Assembly: GCA_965218585.1 (NCBI GenBank)
Contig: CBDCLE010000008.1
Location: 1 to 64,000 of the forward strand
Reading direction: 5' to 3'
Length of the DNA stretch: 64,000 nt
Source of the DNA: Terriglobia bacterium
GTDB lineage: Bacteria; Acidobacteriota; Terriglobia; 20CM-2-55-15
Every line of letters begins with the position of its first letter. Within the stretch, counting starts at the first letter, position 1. The notes below the pieces were generated by a model that worked only from the letters and a program-made list of their open reading frames with translations, did no database searches and was not told the DNA's origin. Below, one piece after another: positions 31,730-44,196 of the stretch. Both the position numbers and the translations under genes were made by a program.

Positions 31730-32470
31730 CTAGAAATACTTCTCTCTTTCACGAATCCACGACGTGGGATCGTTCGTTCCCGGGCGTTCCAGAATGACGT
31801 GTGTTTCTTCGGCTACGATTCGGGCGCGCTCGACTCCGGCCGCTGCCGCAAACTCACCAAGCTCCATCGGTGTGAACCCTGCACGCACCCCGGCTTCGAA
31901 TCGACTCCTTAAGCGGTCACTATAATGTTTTTTGTGCCGCGTGAGGTGTCCGGACAGGCCGAAGCGGTTTGGCCTTCGTAGCTCGCGGACAAGGATCGCG
32001 CCCGTCGGTTTCGTTACCCGATGAATCTCGCGTAATGTCTCCATTGGATTCTTGAAGCCATGGAGCGCTCCGTCAGAGACGACCATATCGAAGTAGCCCG
32101 TCTTGAATTTCATCTGAACCGGTTCTCCCACCTGAAAGAACATACGCTCACCGAGTTTCCAGTCTTCGGCGATCTCACGAGCCCGTTCTGCCAATTGAAG
32201 GGTTCGATAGACGCCCATACAGAGAAAATCCTCTTCGTCCCAGAGGATCTTCATCGCGACCAGGCCGAGTGGGCTTCCCAGATCCAGTACCATGCCGCCA
32301 TCCACTCCAAGACTCCGGGCGCGTTCGACAAACGCATGATCCTGTGTTTTGAAGTAGGTCTCGTCGGTGGCTTCGACCCAGGCTTCGATTTCCTCATCTG
32401 TCAGATCGATTTGAGAAACCGGCAGACGTGGTGGGTAGACAAGCCGTGCCAGGGTGCTCGCGATGCCCAT
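31730..32470 (-). CDS. Class I SAM-dependent methyltransferase-like protein
   Basis: VLDLGS, FDMVVS..LH, REIHRV.KP.G; motif I atypical. Confidence 0.75.
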   Translation of the reverse strand: MGIASTLARLVYPPRLPVSQIDLTDEEIEAWVEATDETYFKTQDHAFVERARSLGVDGGMVLDLGSPLGLVAMKILWDEEDFLCMGVYRTLQLAERAREIAEDWKLGERMFFQVGEPVQMKFKTGYFDMVVSDGALHGFKNPMETLREIHRVTKPTGAILVRELRRPNRFGLSGHLTRHKKHYSDRLRSRFEAGVRAGFTPMELGEFAAAAGVERARIVAEETHVILERPGTNDPTSWIREREKYF

Positions 32471-32479
32471 AGCGACGGC

Positions 32480-32968
32480 TTATTCGGTTTGGGGAACGCC
32501 CCCGATCAATACAGCAACTTCGTCCAAAAGAATGTTGTTCCTGGCCATGTACTGGACTTCGCGCACGAAAGCAAAGATGTTGGTCGAAAGGGCCAGAACC
32601 GCGAGCACAGTGTGTATCCAAACCGGTATAACCCGCGTGTCGACCCCACCGCCGACAATCCAGGCGGTCATTGTGAAGAGGATGGCCATAGTCGCTGGGG
32701 GGAAGACCCTTGATTTGAACTCTTTCGTTCGAACGATGAATTCACGCGCCTGAGCGTGCGAACCCAGGAGATCCTTTACCTGCTTGCCGGTTCCAATGAA
32801 GTAAAACATGGACATACACTGCGCGAGAATTGCCACGAAGGTCGCAAAGAGCGCGAACAAGAAGTGCTGTTGGAGGCCGACCCGGCCATCCATTGCGAAA
32901 CCCATGTAGAGCGTGACCATGAGACCGGCGATTCCCATCAATGAACTGGTTAGAAGTGCGATTACCAT
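32480..32968 (-). CDS. Hypothetical membrane protein (about 4 TM)
   Basis: Hydrophobic segments, YFIGTG, intramembrane His residues. Confidence 0.7.
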   Translation of the reverse strand: MVIALLTSSLMGIAGLMVTLYMGFAMDGRVGLQQHFLFALFATFVAILAQCMSMFYFIGTGKQVKDLLGSHAQAREFIVRTKEFKSRVFPPATMAILFTMTAWIVGGGVDTRVIPVWIHTVLAVLALSTNIFAFVREVQYMARNNILLDEVAVLIGGVPQTE

Positions 32969-33122
32969 GAGCGCCCCGAGATTCTACCATGCTCAATCCC
33001 TTCGGGAGAGGCTCACGGAGGACCGATTTAAGTTCGATCCAGAACACAAGCTGTAGTTGTGATCTAGTGTCAGCTACCTAAGTTATTGTGTACATCTGGT
33101 CAGTCATGGTATTTAGGATGGG

Positions 33123-33791
33123 ATGCGACGACTACTGGTCATGTTGGTGTTGATCGTAGCGACTTCCGCGTGCGCCAAACGCCCGCGGGTACAGATTCCC
33201 GATCCTGGGGTTGTGATGGCGTCCTCGGAGGGGACCGAGATCGATGGTCGTGCAAGCTATTATGGGGATCCCTACCACGGCCGGGCCACAGCCAACGGCG
33301 AAACATTCGACAAGAACAAGATGACCGCAGCCCACCGGACGCTGCCGTTCAACACGTGGGTTCGTGTCGAGAATCAGTTGAACGGGCAGAGGGTAGATGT
33401 TCGGATCAACGATCGGGGTCCGTTCGTGGGTGGTCGTGTAATCGATCTTTCAGAAGGCGCTGCGCGCAGGATCGACATGATCCGGTCCGGAGTCGTCCCC
33501 GTCCGACTGGAGATCATAAGAGAGGCCGCAGGAGGTACAGGCGGCCGGACTGTCACGGAAGACGTTTTTTACGTTATCCAGCTCGGTGCGTTCGAGAGCG
33601 AGCAGGCTGCACAGAACCTGAGACGCCGATTCGCTTCCAAGTACACCGGCATCTATGTGGACCGTCCGACCGGCGAAAGCCTCCTCTACAAGGTTCGTAT
33701 AGGCCGAGCCCTTCTCAGAGATGCCCGCTTTGTCCAGGATCTGCTCAAGAGAGAGGACGACCTCGATTCCATCGTCGTCCAGATGCAGTAA
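33123..33791 (+). CDS. rlpA: Septal ring lytic transglycosylase RlpA (DPBB + SPOR), lipoprotein
   Basis: [30 protein letters not shown]; SPOR IQLGAF. Confidence 0.93.
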   Translation: MRRLLVMLVLIVATSACAKRPRVQIPDPGVVMASSEGTEIDGRASYYGDPYHGRATANGETFDKNKMTAAHRTLPFNTWVRVENQLNGQRVDVRINDRGPFVGGRVIDLSEGAARRIDMIRSGVVPVRLEIIREAAGGTGGRTVTEDVFYVIQLGAFESEQAAQNLRRRFASKYTGIYVDRPTGESLLYKVRIGRALLRDARFVQDLLKREDDLDSIVVQMQ

Positions 33792-33821
33792 CCGCCCACC
33801 GATCTATTTACTAAATCTTCT

Positions 33822-33893
33822 AACGCAGGGACGCTGGGTTCGCAGAGGCCGCAGTGCAAGAATTGAACTCTGCGTTCTCTGCGCCTCTGCGTT
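33822..33893. repeat. CGCAGAG/CTCTGCG imperfect palindromic repeat
   Basis: AACGCAG..CGCAGAG..CTCTGCGTTCTCTGCGCCTCTGCGTT between convergent genes. Confidence 0.8.
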
Positions 33894-34937
33894 ATTCAAA
33901 CAGTTTCGGAACGCTTGCGGGTGTGTATCTGGAGCCTTGGATGACATCGCGTTCATCCAGGCGCTGGCGGATGCCCCTGATGACTTCGTTCCGCGTCTTT
34001 CCCCAGTAGGTGCCACGAGGAGGCTCAGGGGGGCTTCGCCGAACAGTCTTTCGATGACGATCGAGGGTTTGAGGCGTTCAATGAAGTCACAGATCAGATC
34101 GAGGTATTCGGTAAAGCTCAGCAGCGGGAACGGTTGCTCCATGTATTCCCGTGCCATCGCTGTGCCTCGAACCAGGTGCAGGTGGTGGATCTTCAGCAGA
34201 TCGATGCCCACCTGTGACATTTCGTCCGCCATACTCAGCCACTGATCACGCGTTTCCCAGGGGAAACCGAGGATCAGGTGCGCGCCCGTGTGGAATGCTC
34301 GCCCGCGCGCGAGGTCCATCGCACGCGTAAACGCGGCGTAGTCGTGGCCCCGATTGACCCTCCGAAGAGAGTCGTCGTAGATGGATTCCATTCCGAATTC
34401 GAGCGAGACAAAACTTGATTGTGCAATGCCATCGATCATTTCGACCTTTTCCTCGTCGACACAGTCGGGCCGTGTGCCTATCGCAACACCAACCACATCC
34501 GGGTGTTTCAGTGCGTCTGTATACAGTGCGTGTAGATAGCCGGTATCGGCGTAAGTGTTCGAAAACGGTTGGAAGTAGACGATGAACTTGCGAGCTTCAA
34601 CGCGATTGCGGAGATATGCGATTCCGTTCATTACCTGTTCGCGAATCGGCGCGGTCTTTATGGCCAGAGGTGGGCGAAAAGAGCTGTTATTGCAATAGGT
34701 GCATCCGCCGGTCGTGACGGTGCCGTCCCGATTGGGACAGGTGAAACCCGCGTCGACGATGACTTTGTGGACGCGCTCACCGAACTGCTCTCTTAACCAG
34801 TTGTTGTATGTCCTGTAACGTGTCCGACCATTGGGGACATAGGCACCTGTCCCAAGCGTAGTTGTATTTATTTGGCCGACCATGTTGGCTGGGACAGGTG
34901 GCTGTGTCCCCTCGTCTGTTTGTGTTTCGCCGGCCAT
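33892..34937 (-). CDS. TIGR01212 (YhcC-like) radical SAM protein, frameshift near 34005
   Basis: GFTCPNRDG..GGCTYC, YFQ..SNTY, GTRPDC, NRGH, KIHHLH; natural C-terminus WGKTRNEV..QG in another frame ending at 33892. Confidence 0.88.
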
Positions 34938-34973
34938 GATGGCTATGGGCAGGTCGTTGCGTCTCCCTGACGG

Positions 34974-35750
34974 CTAGTTCTTCCAGCGCCGCCAGTCCTC
35001 GTCATTGTCACGGTCTTTCTGTTCCTGCCGGCGGTTGTAATAGACTTCGAATTTGCGACGCAGCCGCTCGCGTTTCCATTGATCGTAGTACTCGCGGAGC
35101 CTTGTCGTATAGCCTCCACCACCTCTCAGGTACAGATAGCCGAAGACCATCCCCCCCAGGTGGGCGACATGGGCCACTCCACCACCTCCGCCGGAGAACG
35201 AGGCCAGGAAGGCCATGCCTCCGAGGAACATGACGTAATACTTCACTTTCACCGGGATCATAAACGGAATCAGAATGATGTTGCGGTTGGGAAACAACAT
35301 TCCGTAGGCCAGGAGAATGCCGTAAATCGATCCGGAAGCGCCGATCGTCGGAATCGTGGAGCTCGGGCTGACGATCACACTCGAGATGCCCGCCCCAACG
35401 CCCGTGATAAAGAAAAACTTCACAAATTCCCGGGTTCCCCAGGTGCTCTCCAGTTCCGACCCGAACATCCAGAGTGCGAACATGTTGAACAGAATGTGAA
35501 AGAAGCCGCCGTGGAGGAAAATGTAGGTCACGAGCTGCCAAATGGCGATGCTGCCGACAACGGCCGCAGGTGTCAAACCGAAGCTTGTGATAAGCGCAGA
35601 CGTAAACGCCCTTCCTCCCAGTGTTTGAAGCACGTAGACGACGGCGCAGATGATGAGAATCATCTTGATCGCCCGCGTCAGACCGCCTCCGCCAATGATG
35701 CTGTGGGTGGGGCGTCCGCCGTAATAGCCTCGGTAATAATTACGTGACAA
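34974..35750 (-). CDS. Rhomboid family intramembrane serine protease
   Basis: WQLVTYIFLH, HILFNM, GASG, AHLGG; probable TTG start at 35750. Confidence 0.92.
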   Translation of the reverse strand: MSRNYYRGYYGGRPTHSIIGGGGLTRAIKMILIICAVVYVLQTLGGRAFTSALITSFGLTPAAVVGSIAIWQLVTYIFLHGGFFHILFNMFALWMFGSELESTWGTREFVKFFFITGVGAGISSVIVSPSSTIPTIGASGSIYGILLAYGMLFPNRNIILIPFMIPVKVKYYVMFLGGMAFLASFSGGGGGVAHVAHLGGMVFGYLYLRGGGGYTTRLREYYDQWKRERLRRKFEVYYNRRQEQKDRDNDEDWRRWKN

Positions 35751-35751
35751 G

Positions 35752-35916
35752 CTAATCGTCCTTAGGTCGGAGAAAGCGGCCGGCATAGAAGAGGCCGACG
35801 CCGATGGCCGCTGTCTGCATCATGGGGCCCATCTCTCCGAAGTAAATCAAGAGTGATTCTATGGTGACGATAAGCCCGACTAATTGAAGGCCGGTTGCTG
35901 CGTAATAGCGTATCAT
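35752..35916 (-). CDS. Small two-TM protein (54 aa, absent from the ORF track)
   Basis: MIRYYAATGLQLVGLIVTIESLLIYFGEMGPMMQTAAIGVGLFYAGRFLRPKDD; stop 1 nt before the rhomboid start. Confidence 0.6.
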   Translation of the reverse strand: MIRYYAATGLQLVGLIVTIESLLIYFGEMGPMMQTAAIGVGLFYAGRFLRPKDD

Positions 35917-36019
35917 TGCTCACTCGGAAGGGCTGCCGGCTTTGCGGCAACACGTGAGACTTCGATTGTAGCAACACGCACGTAAAGTCTAAAGGCTCGC
36001 TTTTCTGGAACTTGAAGTA

Positions 36020-36601
36020 ATGCTTCCTTGGCTCGTCGTTCTCAAGATTGCCGGTAGTTTCTTCATCGGAGCGATTCCCTTTGCCGTTATTGCGGTCTGG
36101 GGCACAGGCATAGACGTTACCCGGGCCGGCTCGGGAAATCCCGGCTTCAATAACGTTCTTCGTGTGTCCTCTCGCCCGAGAGCTGGGGTCGCACTGATCG
36201 GAGACTTATCCAAGGGAGCTGTGGCCGTCGCGATCCTGTCCGCTTCCACCGACCCGGTCTGGTTCAGATGGTCCCTCGGACTGGCCGCGGTAGCCGGGCA
36301 CTGCTGGACACCGTTTCTGAAGTTCAATGGCGGTAAGGGCGTCGCCACTATGGCGGGCGCGTTGCTGTACCTGGAACTCCAGATCACAGCCATCTGCCTG
36401 ATCCTTTATCCGACCCTCCGCCTGTTCGGGCGGCGAATGGGTTGGGCGCAGGAAGGTGCGGTCTCATCGATGACGACGATGTCAGTGATCGCGGGGACGA
36501 TCTTCGCCCTCCGCGGATTTGAAGCCGGCATCTTCGCCGTTGTCGCCCTGGCCATCGTCATCGTTCGCCACTCCGCCAACATCCGCCACCTTTTCTCTTG
36601 A
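36020..36601 (+). CDS. plsY: Glycerol-3-phosphate acyltransferase PlsY family
   Basis: GSGNPG..N..R, D..KG, GH..PF..F.GGKGVAT, RH..NI. Confidence 0.85.
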   Translation: MLPWLVVLKIAGSFFIGAIPFAVIAVWGTGIDVTRAGSGNPGFNNVLRVSSRPRAGVALIGDLSKGAVAVAILSASTDPVWFRWSLGLAAVAGHCWTPFLKFNGGKGVATMAGALLYLELQITAICLILYPTLRLFGRRMGWAQEGAVSSMTTMSVIAGTIFALRGFEAGIFAVVALAIVIVRHSANIRHLFS

Positions 36602-36614
36602 AGGCCTGAATTTG

Positions 36615-36693
36615 ACCCAGAGACGCAGAGATCGCAGAGGTCGCAAAATAGGAATAAGTATCTGCGTTCTCTGCGTCTTTGCGCCTCTGCGTT
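36615..36693. repeat. CGCAGAG/CTCTGCG imperfect palindromic repeat
   Basis: AGAGACGCAGAGATCGCAGAG..TCTGCGTTCTCTGCGTCTTTGCGCCTCTGCGTT between convergent genes. Confidence 0.8.
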
Positions 36694-36702
36694 GAAGCTT
36701 CT

Positions 36703-37635
36703 TTACGGGATGAACATTCGGAGGGCTGTAGGGATGACCGTTATTTCGATGGGGAGACGGCCGAGGGGTTCACCGTCGATTTCGATCTGGACACTGTCGT
36801 CGGATCTGGCGACGAGTTTTTTCACCCGGTTGTGATGAATCCTGGGGTGATTGTAGATCTGTCCGTTAAAGAGGATGCGGATATTTAGCGCCATTTCCAG
36901 CAGCGACAATTTTTCGATGATCGTAACGTCGAGGAGTCCATCGTTGGGAACGGCCCGGGGACAGACGTGCATTCCCGCGCCATGGTATTGACCGTTTCCA
37001 ACTGCAACGTTTGTTACCCGGACATCCTGCCAGTCCCCATCGTCTGCCTGAATCGAAACGCTATTTCCAGAAAAGCTGAGACCGGTGAGAGCAGTTGCTG
37101 TCAGGAAAGCCATCCTGCCTCCAAATGGCTTCGACGAACGGTTGGCTCGCTCGGCGACAGCTCCACCCATGCCAAAGCTCGCGACGTTGATCGCGTAGCG
37201 AATACCCTCATCTCCACGCGTGTCCCGATAGACAACGTGCATCGCATCGAACAGAGCAGTCTCGCCTCTCTCGATAATCTGGACTGCTTCGTCTTCGTCC
37301 AGAGGAAGTTTCACAGTACGGCGGAAGTCCGAACCCGTTCCCTGGGGGATGAGTCCGAGTGTGACTATCGAGTCGGTTGCCCCTTGGGCCAGGATCCCGT
37401 TGACCGTTTCGTTCAGGGTCCCGTCTCCGCCTACTGCGATTATCGTGTTGTACCCGGAGCGAACCGCTTCTCCGGAGAGCCCGATGGCGTGTCCGGGGGA
37501 TTCGGTCTGCATGACACCGATCTCGGACCACACTCGCGAGAGCTTACTCTGGATCGTTGGCCAGTTCCTGCCGGTCTGTCCGTCAGCGGATCGTGGGTTG
37601 ACGATCACTGCTACCCGTTGCTGGTCAGGTCCCAT
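36703..37635 (-). CDS. Diacylglycerol/lipid kinase family protein (YegS/DgkB-like)
   Basis: NPRS, GGDGTLNE, P.GTGSDF, NGQYHGAG, DGLLD, DGE. Confidence 0.92.
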   Translation of the reverse strand: MGPDQQRVAVIVNPRSADGQTGRNWPTIQSKLSRVWSEIGVMQTESPGHAIGLSGEAVRSGYNTIIAVGGDGTLNETVNGILAQGATDSIVTLGLIPQGTGSDFRRTVKLPLDEDEAVQIIERGETALFDAMHVVYRDTRGDEGIRYAINVASFGMGGAVAERANRSSKPFGGRMAFLTATALTGLSFSGNSVSIQADDGDWQDVRVTNVAVGNGQYHGAGMHVCPRAVPNDGLLDVTIIEKLSLLEMALNIRILFNGQIYNHPRIHHNRVKKLVARSDDSVQIEIDGEPLGRLPIEITVIPTALRMFIP

Positions 37636-38630
37636 TAATTGTTGTTTTGGAGGAAGGCGACTGTGTCGCGAATGGTTTCTTCGGCCCCCCTCTGTTCGAG
37701 ACCGAGTTCAGTCTTAGCTCGCGTACTGTCGCAATACCAGAACCGGTAAGCCATCTCAATAGTTATGTCGTCGATCGGGAACCGCTGTCCGAACGTCTGC
37801 ATGCCATGCCGGAGAATGTTGGCCGAGCCTCGAGCCCAGGATTCAGAAAGCGAGAGCAATGGGGCTCGCACTCCTGACACGTACTGTATTAGGTAAAAGA
37901 ATTCGCGAACAGTCATGTCATGTCCGCCTACCAGATAGCGCCGTCCAGGTTGTCCATTCTCAATGGCGTTCACGAACGTTAGGGCTGCGTCCCGAACGTC
38001 AACGAAGTTGAGACCTCCCGCAGGGATGTTTCGCACCTCCCGGTCCAGATACATCTGAATGTCGCGGGTTGACGACTTGTAAACGTCTCCCGGTCCGAGA
38101 AGGAGGCTCGGGTTCAGGACAATAACCGGAAGGTCTCTGTTCCTGAAGTAGGAGAAAGCGAGTTTTTCCTGATAGATTTTGCTCAGATAGTACGGCCAGC
38201 CGCCTGCAACCTCGATAGCGTAAGGAGAGTCTTCGTTGTGAATGGCAGGTTTAGTACTCACTGCTATCGTTCCGGACGAGGAAGCCACGAGGACCCTGGG
38301 TTTCCCGTGCTTGAGCGCAGCTTCACATACGTTTCGCGTACCCTCGATGTGCGTTTCGAAGAGTTCCCCCGAGCGGGACGTGTCCCGCGTTACACGTCCC
38401 GCCAGATGGATGACCGCATCCGTATCCGCCACCGCTTTCTCGACGGCATTCGGGTCGAGAACGTTACCCTTGACCGTCTCCACCCGTGCGTTTCGATCCC
38501 ATGGAGAGACACTCCGGCAAAGCAGACGGATTTTTCTGTCGCCGAATTCTTCGAGCGGTTGTTCAAGGAGAGATTCGACCACGTGGCGGCCCAGAAACCC
38601 GGTAGCGCCAGTGACCAGAATACGTTTCAT
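37635..38630 (-). CDS. NAD-dependent epimerase/dehydratase (extended SDR; ElbE-like)
   Basis: TGATGFLG, YYLSK, NPSLLLGPGD, VDVRD. Confidence 0.88.
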   Translation of the reverse strand: MKRILVTGATGFLGRHVVESLLEQPLEEFGDRKIRLLCRSVSPWDRNARVETVKGNVLDPNAVEKAVADTDAVIHLAGRVTRDTSRSGELFETHIEGTRNVCEAALKHGKPRVLVASSSGTIAVSTKPAIHNEDSPYAIEVAGGWPYYLSKIYQEKLAFSYFRNRDLPVIVLNPSLLLGPGDVYKSSTRDIQMYLDREVRNIPAGGLNFVDVRDAALTFVNAIENGQPGRRYLVGGHDMTVREFFYLIQYVSGVRAPLLSLSESWARGSANILRHGMQTFGQRFPIDDITIEMAYRFWYCDSTRAKTELGLEQRGAEETIRDTVAFLQNNN

Positions 38631-38643
38631 TGGAAGCCACGTT

Positions 38644-40247
38644 TCATGAAACCGGCGTGTTCATAGACTGCTCTGCCGTTTTCATCTGCTTGGCAAACAT
38701 CGGGCGAATCCATTGCTCAATGCCTTTGGTGTGGATGTTGACCCAGTAGTCGGCCCAGTCAATGTCTTCCGGCGTCCATCGCAGGCGTTCCTGGTCGGTA
38801 GGGGTTAGCATGTCATTGGCGCGACGAATGTTTCCCGTCTCGAAAACGAAACTGTTGTGCACCATGAAGGGAAGGAACTTATCCAGGGTCTGCTCCTGCT
38901 GACGCAACTGCCGACGGGTAACTCTAAGGTTTCGCAGATAAGGATTCATGACGCGGGGTCCCAGGATCACTTTCATAAAATTGAAAGTCGCCTGGATCAA
39001 GTCCAGGCCCCAACGCACTCGCTTGCGGGTCGTTGTCAGCTGAGACACGCTCACGACTTCGGTTTCGATATAGGCTTTCCAGAGATTTGCGAGCTTGTTG
39101 CCGTCCTTTTTGTGTTTGTGTTTGTAACGCGCGTTCATTCCGAGGAATCCAACCAAACGTGGCAGCAGCACAGGGTTATCGGCGGCCGTTGCCAGGTGGT
39201 ACACCTTCTCTCCGCGGTTGGCCAGGACTGCGGCGGTAGCGATAAGGATGCCCGTGGCGACCAGGTCGACGGGAATAATCTCCAGCGATCCGTCTTTTCT
39301 GACCGGCCATGCCTTGACACCCGCACCTCCCATCAGAACCAGGGGGGCCGATGTCGTCATGCCTTCATTCCAGCCGGGAAAAGGAAAATTGAGACACGTT
39401 TCGACGATTGCAGGTCTGACGATGCAGTATTTGAGTCCTTCCGTGCCTGCGATCAGCTGCTCACCCATACTCTTGGTATAGGTATAGGTGTTGATCCATC
39501 CCCACTGCTCCGCGCGCTCCATTCCACCGTCCCGAAGCTTTATCCTGTCGTCGGTTTCTTCGATGAATCGCTCGCACCACTCAAGTTCGCGCGTCACGTC
39601 GAAATTGTTGTCCCCGGGCTCCTCCCGTCGCGGGTAGTAACCGACAATCGGATCATCTTCCGGGATGAGGCCGCTCTTCTTTCCGGCGACGTAACAGGTC
39701 GAGATATGCACGAGCTTGGCGTCGAGCACCTGAACCAGTTCGATCAGGTTGCGGATTCCATAGACGTTTGTGATGAGGGATTCGTTCAATGGCGGATCAA
39801 ATTCCACCAGGCCGGCCGAATTGATGACAAGGTCGACCCTGCCGGCGAGTTTCCCAAGCTGTTCGGCCGGGATGCCGCACATCGGAGCACTCAGGTCGCC
39901 CTCCACAATCGACGTCCGTTGCCGGATCGCTTCCACGCCAATGCGTTCTACCAGCGGTTGCAGGGGAGGGGACTTGAGTACTTCGTTCAGGAATCGCTCC
40001 TCACCAGAGAGGTTCTTCTTGGGTCGTACCTGTATGATGAGGTGTTTCAGCTCGGGAAACTGTTCGAGCACCATCGCCAGCAGCACCTTACCGACAAATC
40101 CCGTCGCGCCCAGGAGAAGGATCGTCTTGCTGCGGAACTGATCGATAGCCGAGATCTCTCCTGTGCCGTCCGGGCGGCGCGTGTCGGTGGGCACGTATTG
40201 ACCACGGACAGGATCAAAACGCCACGAAGCGAGTTGGCCTTTCTCGT

Positions 40248-40251
<4 letters not shown>
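38644..40251 (-). CDS. Stand-alone fatty acyl-CoA reductase (NAD_binding_4 + Sterile domain; like the ElbD reductase domain)
   Basis: GATGFVGKV, HISTCYVAG, GWINTYTYTKSMGEQ, RPAIVE..PFPGWNEG, IPVD, IDW.DYW...H; ATG 40251 overlaps the upstream stop. Confidence 0.88.
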
Positions 40252-41899
<1,648 letters not shown>

Positions 41900-41903
<4 letters not shown>

Positions 41904-42655
41904 CTTGGTGTCTGGGCCGCACCGACGTCGGACCCGAGAAACGGTGGAAATTGGTTGGAATCGCCGTTCTGACCCAGACTATTCAGATTGAGAATCGGCC
42001 ATTGCCGGTTCCTGGCGAACCGGCGCAGTCTGTGCGTCGGGTTGGTGGCGACCGGATTTCCTGTTGCCGTCAACATGGGAATGTCCGAGGTGCTGTCTGA
42101 GAACGCACACGACTCATTCAAATCGATATTTTCCATTTCTGCGTAAGCCATGATAATCGTTGCCTTCGCGGTTTCTGCCACCAGTGGGGCGAGAACTTTT
42201 CCTGTCGCGATGTGATTCTTGAACTCAAGGCGGTTACAGATAACCTCGTCAAAACCGAAGTGCAGAGCGATGGGCCGCACCGTGAAGTCCAGAGCTCCGG
42301 TGACAAGAATGTTCCGGTATCCCTGTTCGCGGGTCTGGGCGATCAAAGCTTCAGACCCCGCATAGATCGACGGTTTCAGCGTCACCTCGAACAGGTCGTC
42401 AGCCAGCCCGATGAGCCGGTCTCGATGCATCCCCCGATACGCTCTGAAAAAGAATACGTTGAATAGCGCTCGCGAATAGAGGTCCAGTCCTAGAAATACA
42501 GGAACTCTCAGGAGGACTTTCGTGAATTGATAGATCGATTTGAATATAGACCGATCGTTGCGGGCGTAGTAAGCGTAAGTCGTGACCAGGTTGCACGATA
42601 GCAGTGTGCCGTCCAGATCAAAGAACGCGGCCTTTTTTTGTGTTTTGCCGTCCAA
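41900..42655 (-). CDS. HAD-superfamily subfamily IB hydrolase (ElbB-like)
   Basis: AAFFDLDGTL, LVTGA, K, AFSDSTSDIPML, NP..RLRR.A..RQWPI. Confidence 0.9.
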
Positions 42656-42719
42656 AACTACCTCTGGGTTCGAATATTACACTACGGGAAGCTTAGCGTT
42701 GAAAGCCAACAGCTGATTG

Positions 42720-43406
42720 CTATTCGGTCAGGTATGGTTCGATCGTTTCCAGAACGGTATCGACGACAATCGTATAGCCTTCGCTGGTGGGATGGATGCC
42801 GTCAGCTTGCATGTAACGTTCGTATTCTTCGATCAACCCTTCGAGAAAAAACGGTATGAGGACGACGTCGTGCTCTTCGGCCAGGTCCACGTATATCGAT
42901 TCGAAATCGCTGATATAGTCCGGCCCGTAGTTGAGCGGGAGGCTCATGCCTACCAGAATGACCCTCGAACCGGCATCGTTAAAGGCTTCGATCATCGTTC
43001 GAAGGTTTTCGCGTGCAACATCCACCGGTACTCCCCTCAAACCATCATTGCCTCCGAGTTCAAGGATTACGATTTCCGGTTCCAGAGCCAGTGCGCCGTC
43101 CAGTCGAGCGATACCTCCGCTGGTTGTATCCCCGCTAACGCCCTGGTTGACGACACGGTAGGCGTATCCTTGCTGGTCGAGTTCAGTTTGCAACTGCGAA
43201 GGATAGGACATTGCCCGATCGACACCGCTTCCGAAGGTCAGACTGTCGCCGAACGCCAGAATGACCGGAACGTTGGGGTCCACTTCCGCCCGAGAGGTGG
43301 TGCCGACAGGTCGCAGATTTGCTTCATCCGGTTGCGAGGTACAGGCTGCGGCCGACCCCAACGAGCTGAGGGCAATCACTAACGCTAACAGCTGTCTTGT
43401 GTTCAT
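42720..43406 (-). CDS. GDSL arylesterase / acyl-CoA thioesterase I (TesA-like) lipoprotein
   Basis: FGDSLT, GVSGDTT, ELGGNDGLRG, DGIHP; divergent from ybbAP-like genes. Confidence 0.9.
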   Translation of the reverse strand: MNTRQLLALVIALSSLGSAAACTSQPDEANLRPVGTTSRAEVDPNVPVILAFGDSLTFGSGVDRAMSYPSQLQTELDQQGYAYRVVNQGVSGDTTSGGIARLDGALALEPEIVILELGGNDGLRGVPVDVARENLRTMIEAFNDAGSRVILVGMSLPLNYGPDYISDFESIYVDLAEEHDVVLIPFFLEGLIEEYERYMQADGIHPTSEGYTIVVDTVLETIEPYLTE

Positions 43407-43494
43407 CTTATTAATCTAGCGGCCAATCAACGCACATTACGCGAGTCCAGACGATAGTGTACGATACTGAGACACGTATTAAATCCGCGTAACC

Positions 43495-44196
43495 ATGATT
43501 GTCGTCAAAAACCTCGTCAAGACCATCGAAACGACGACCCACCGGGTCGAGATTCTCAGAGACCTCAGCTTCGAGGTCCCGGAGTCTCAGGTCGTTGCGT
43601 TCATGGGGCCCTCTGGCAGCGGCAAGAGTACGCTGTTGGGGATGCTGGCCGGTTTGGATTGGCCGACTTCGGGATCGGTGTCTGTAGATGGGATAGAAAT
43701 TACCGATCTCAGCGAGGACGAACTGGCGACGATCCGCGGACGGAAGATGGGTTTCGTCTTCCAGGCCTACCATCTGATCCCAACACTGACTGCGATGGAA
43801 AACATTCTCCTGCCTGCGGAGATGCTTGGGGATGGGGTCAACGGCGCTATGGATCGTGCCCATGACCTCCTGGATGGGGTGGGGTTGCTGGATCGCCATG
43901 ACCACTATCCGGCACAGCTTTCTGGAGGCGAACAGCAGAGGGTGGCGATCGCGCGCGCTTTCATGATGGAGCCCGCCGTCCTCCTGGCCGATGAACCCAC
44001 CGGGAACCTTGATAGTGCCAACGGAAGCCATGTCCTCGAACTCCTTCTGAAGTTGAATCGGGAACGCGGAACAACTCTGGTTCTGGTGACACACGATCAG
44101 GAACTCGCCTCGAATGCAGACCGCCGAATCCTTCTGAAGGACGGCCAGATTGTTAACGATGAGATGGGAGCGGTGGGCCCGACGCTAATCGACTGA
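43495..44196 (+). CDS. ABC transporter ATP-binding protein (YbbA-like)
   Basis: [27 protein letters not shown]. Confidence 0.93.
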   Translation: MIVVKNLVKTIETTTHRVEILRDLSFEVPESQVVAFMGPSGSGKSTLLGMLAGLDWPTSGSVSVDGIEITDLSEDELATIRGRKMGFVFQAYHLIPTLTAMENILLPAEMLGDGVNGAMDRAHDLLDGVGLLDRHDHYPAQLSGGEQQRVAIARAFMMEPAVLLADEPTGNLDSANGSHVLELLLKLNRERGTTLVLVTHDQELASNADRRILLKDGQIVNDEMGAVGPTLID

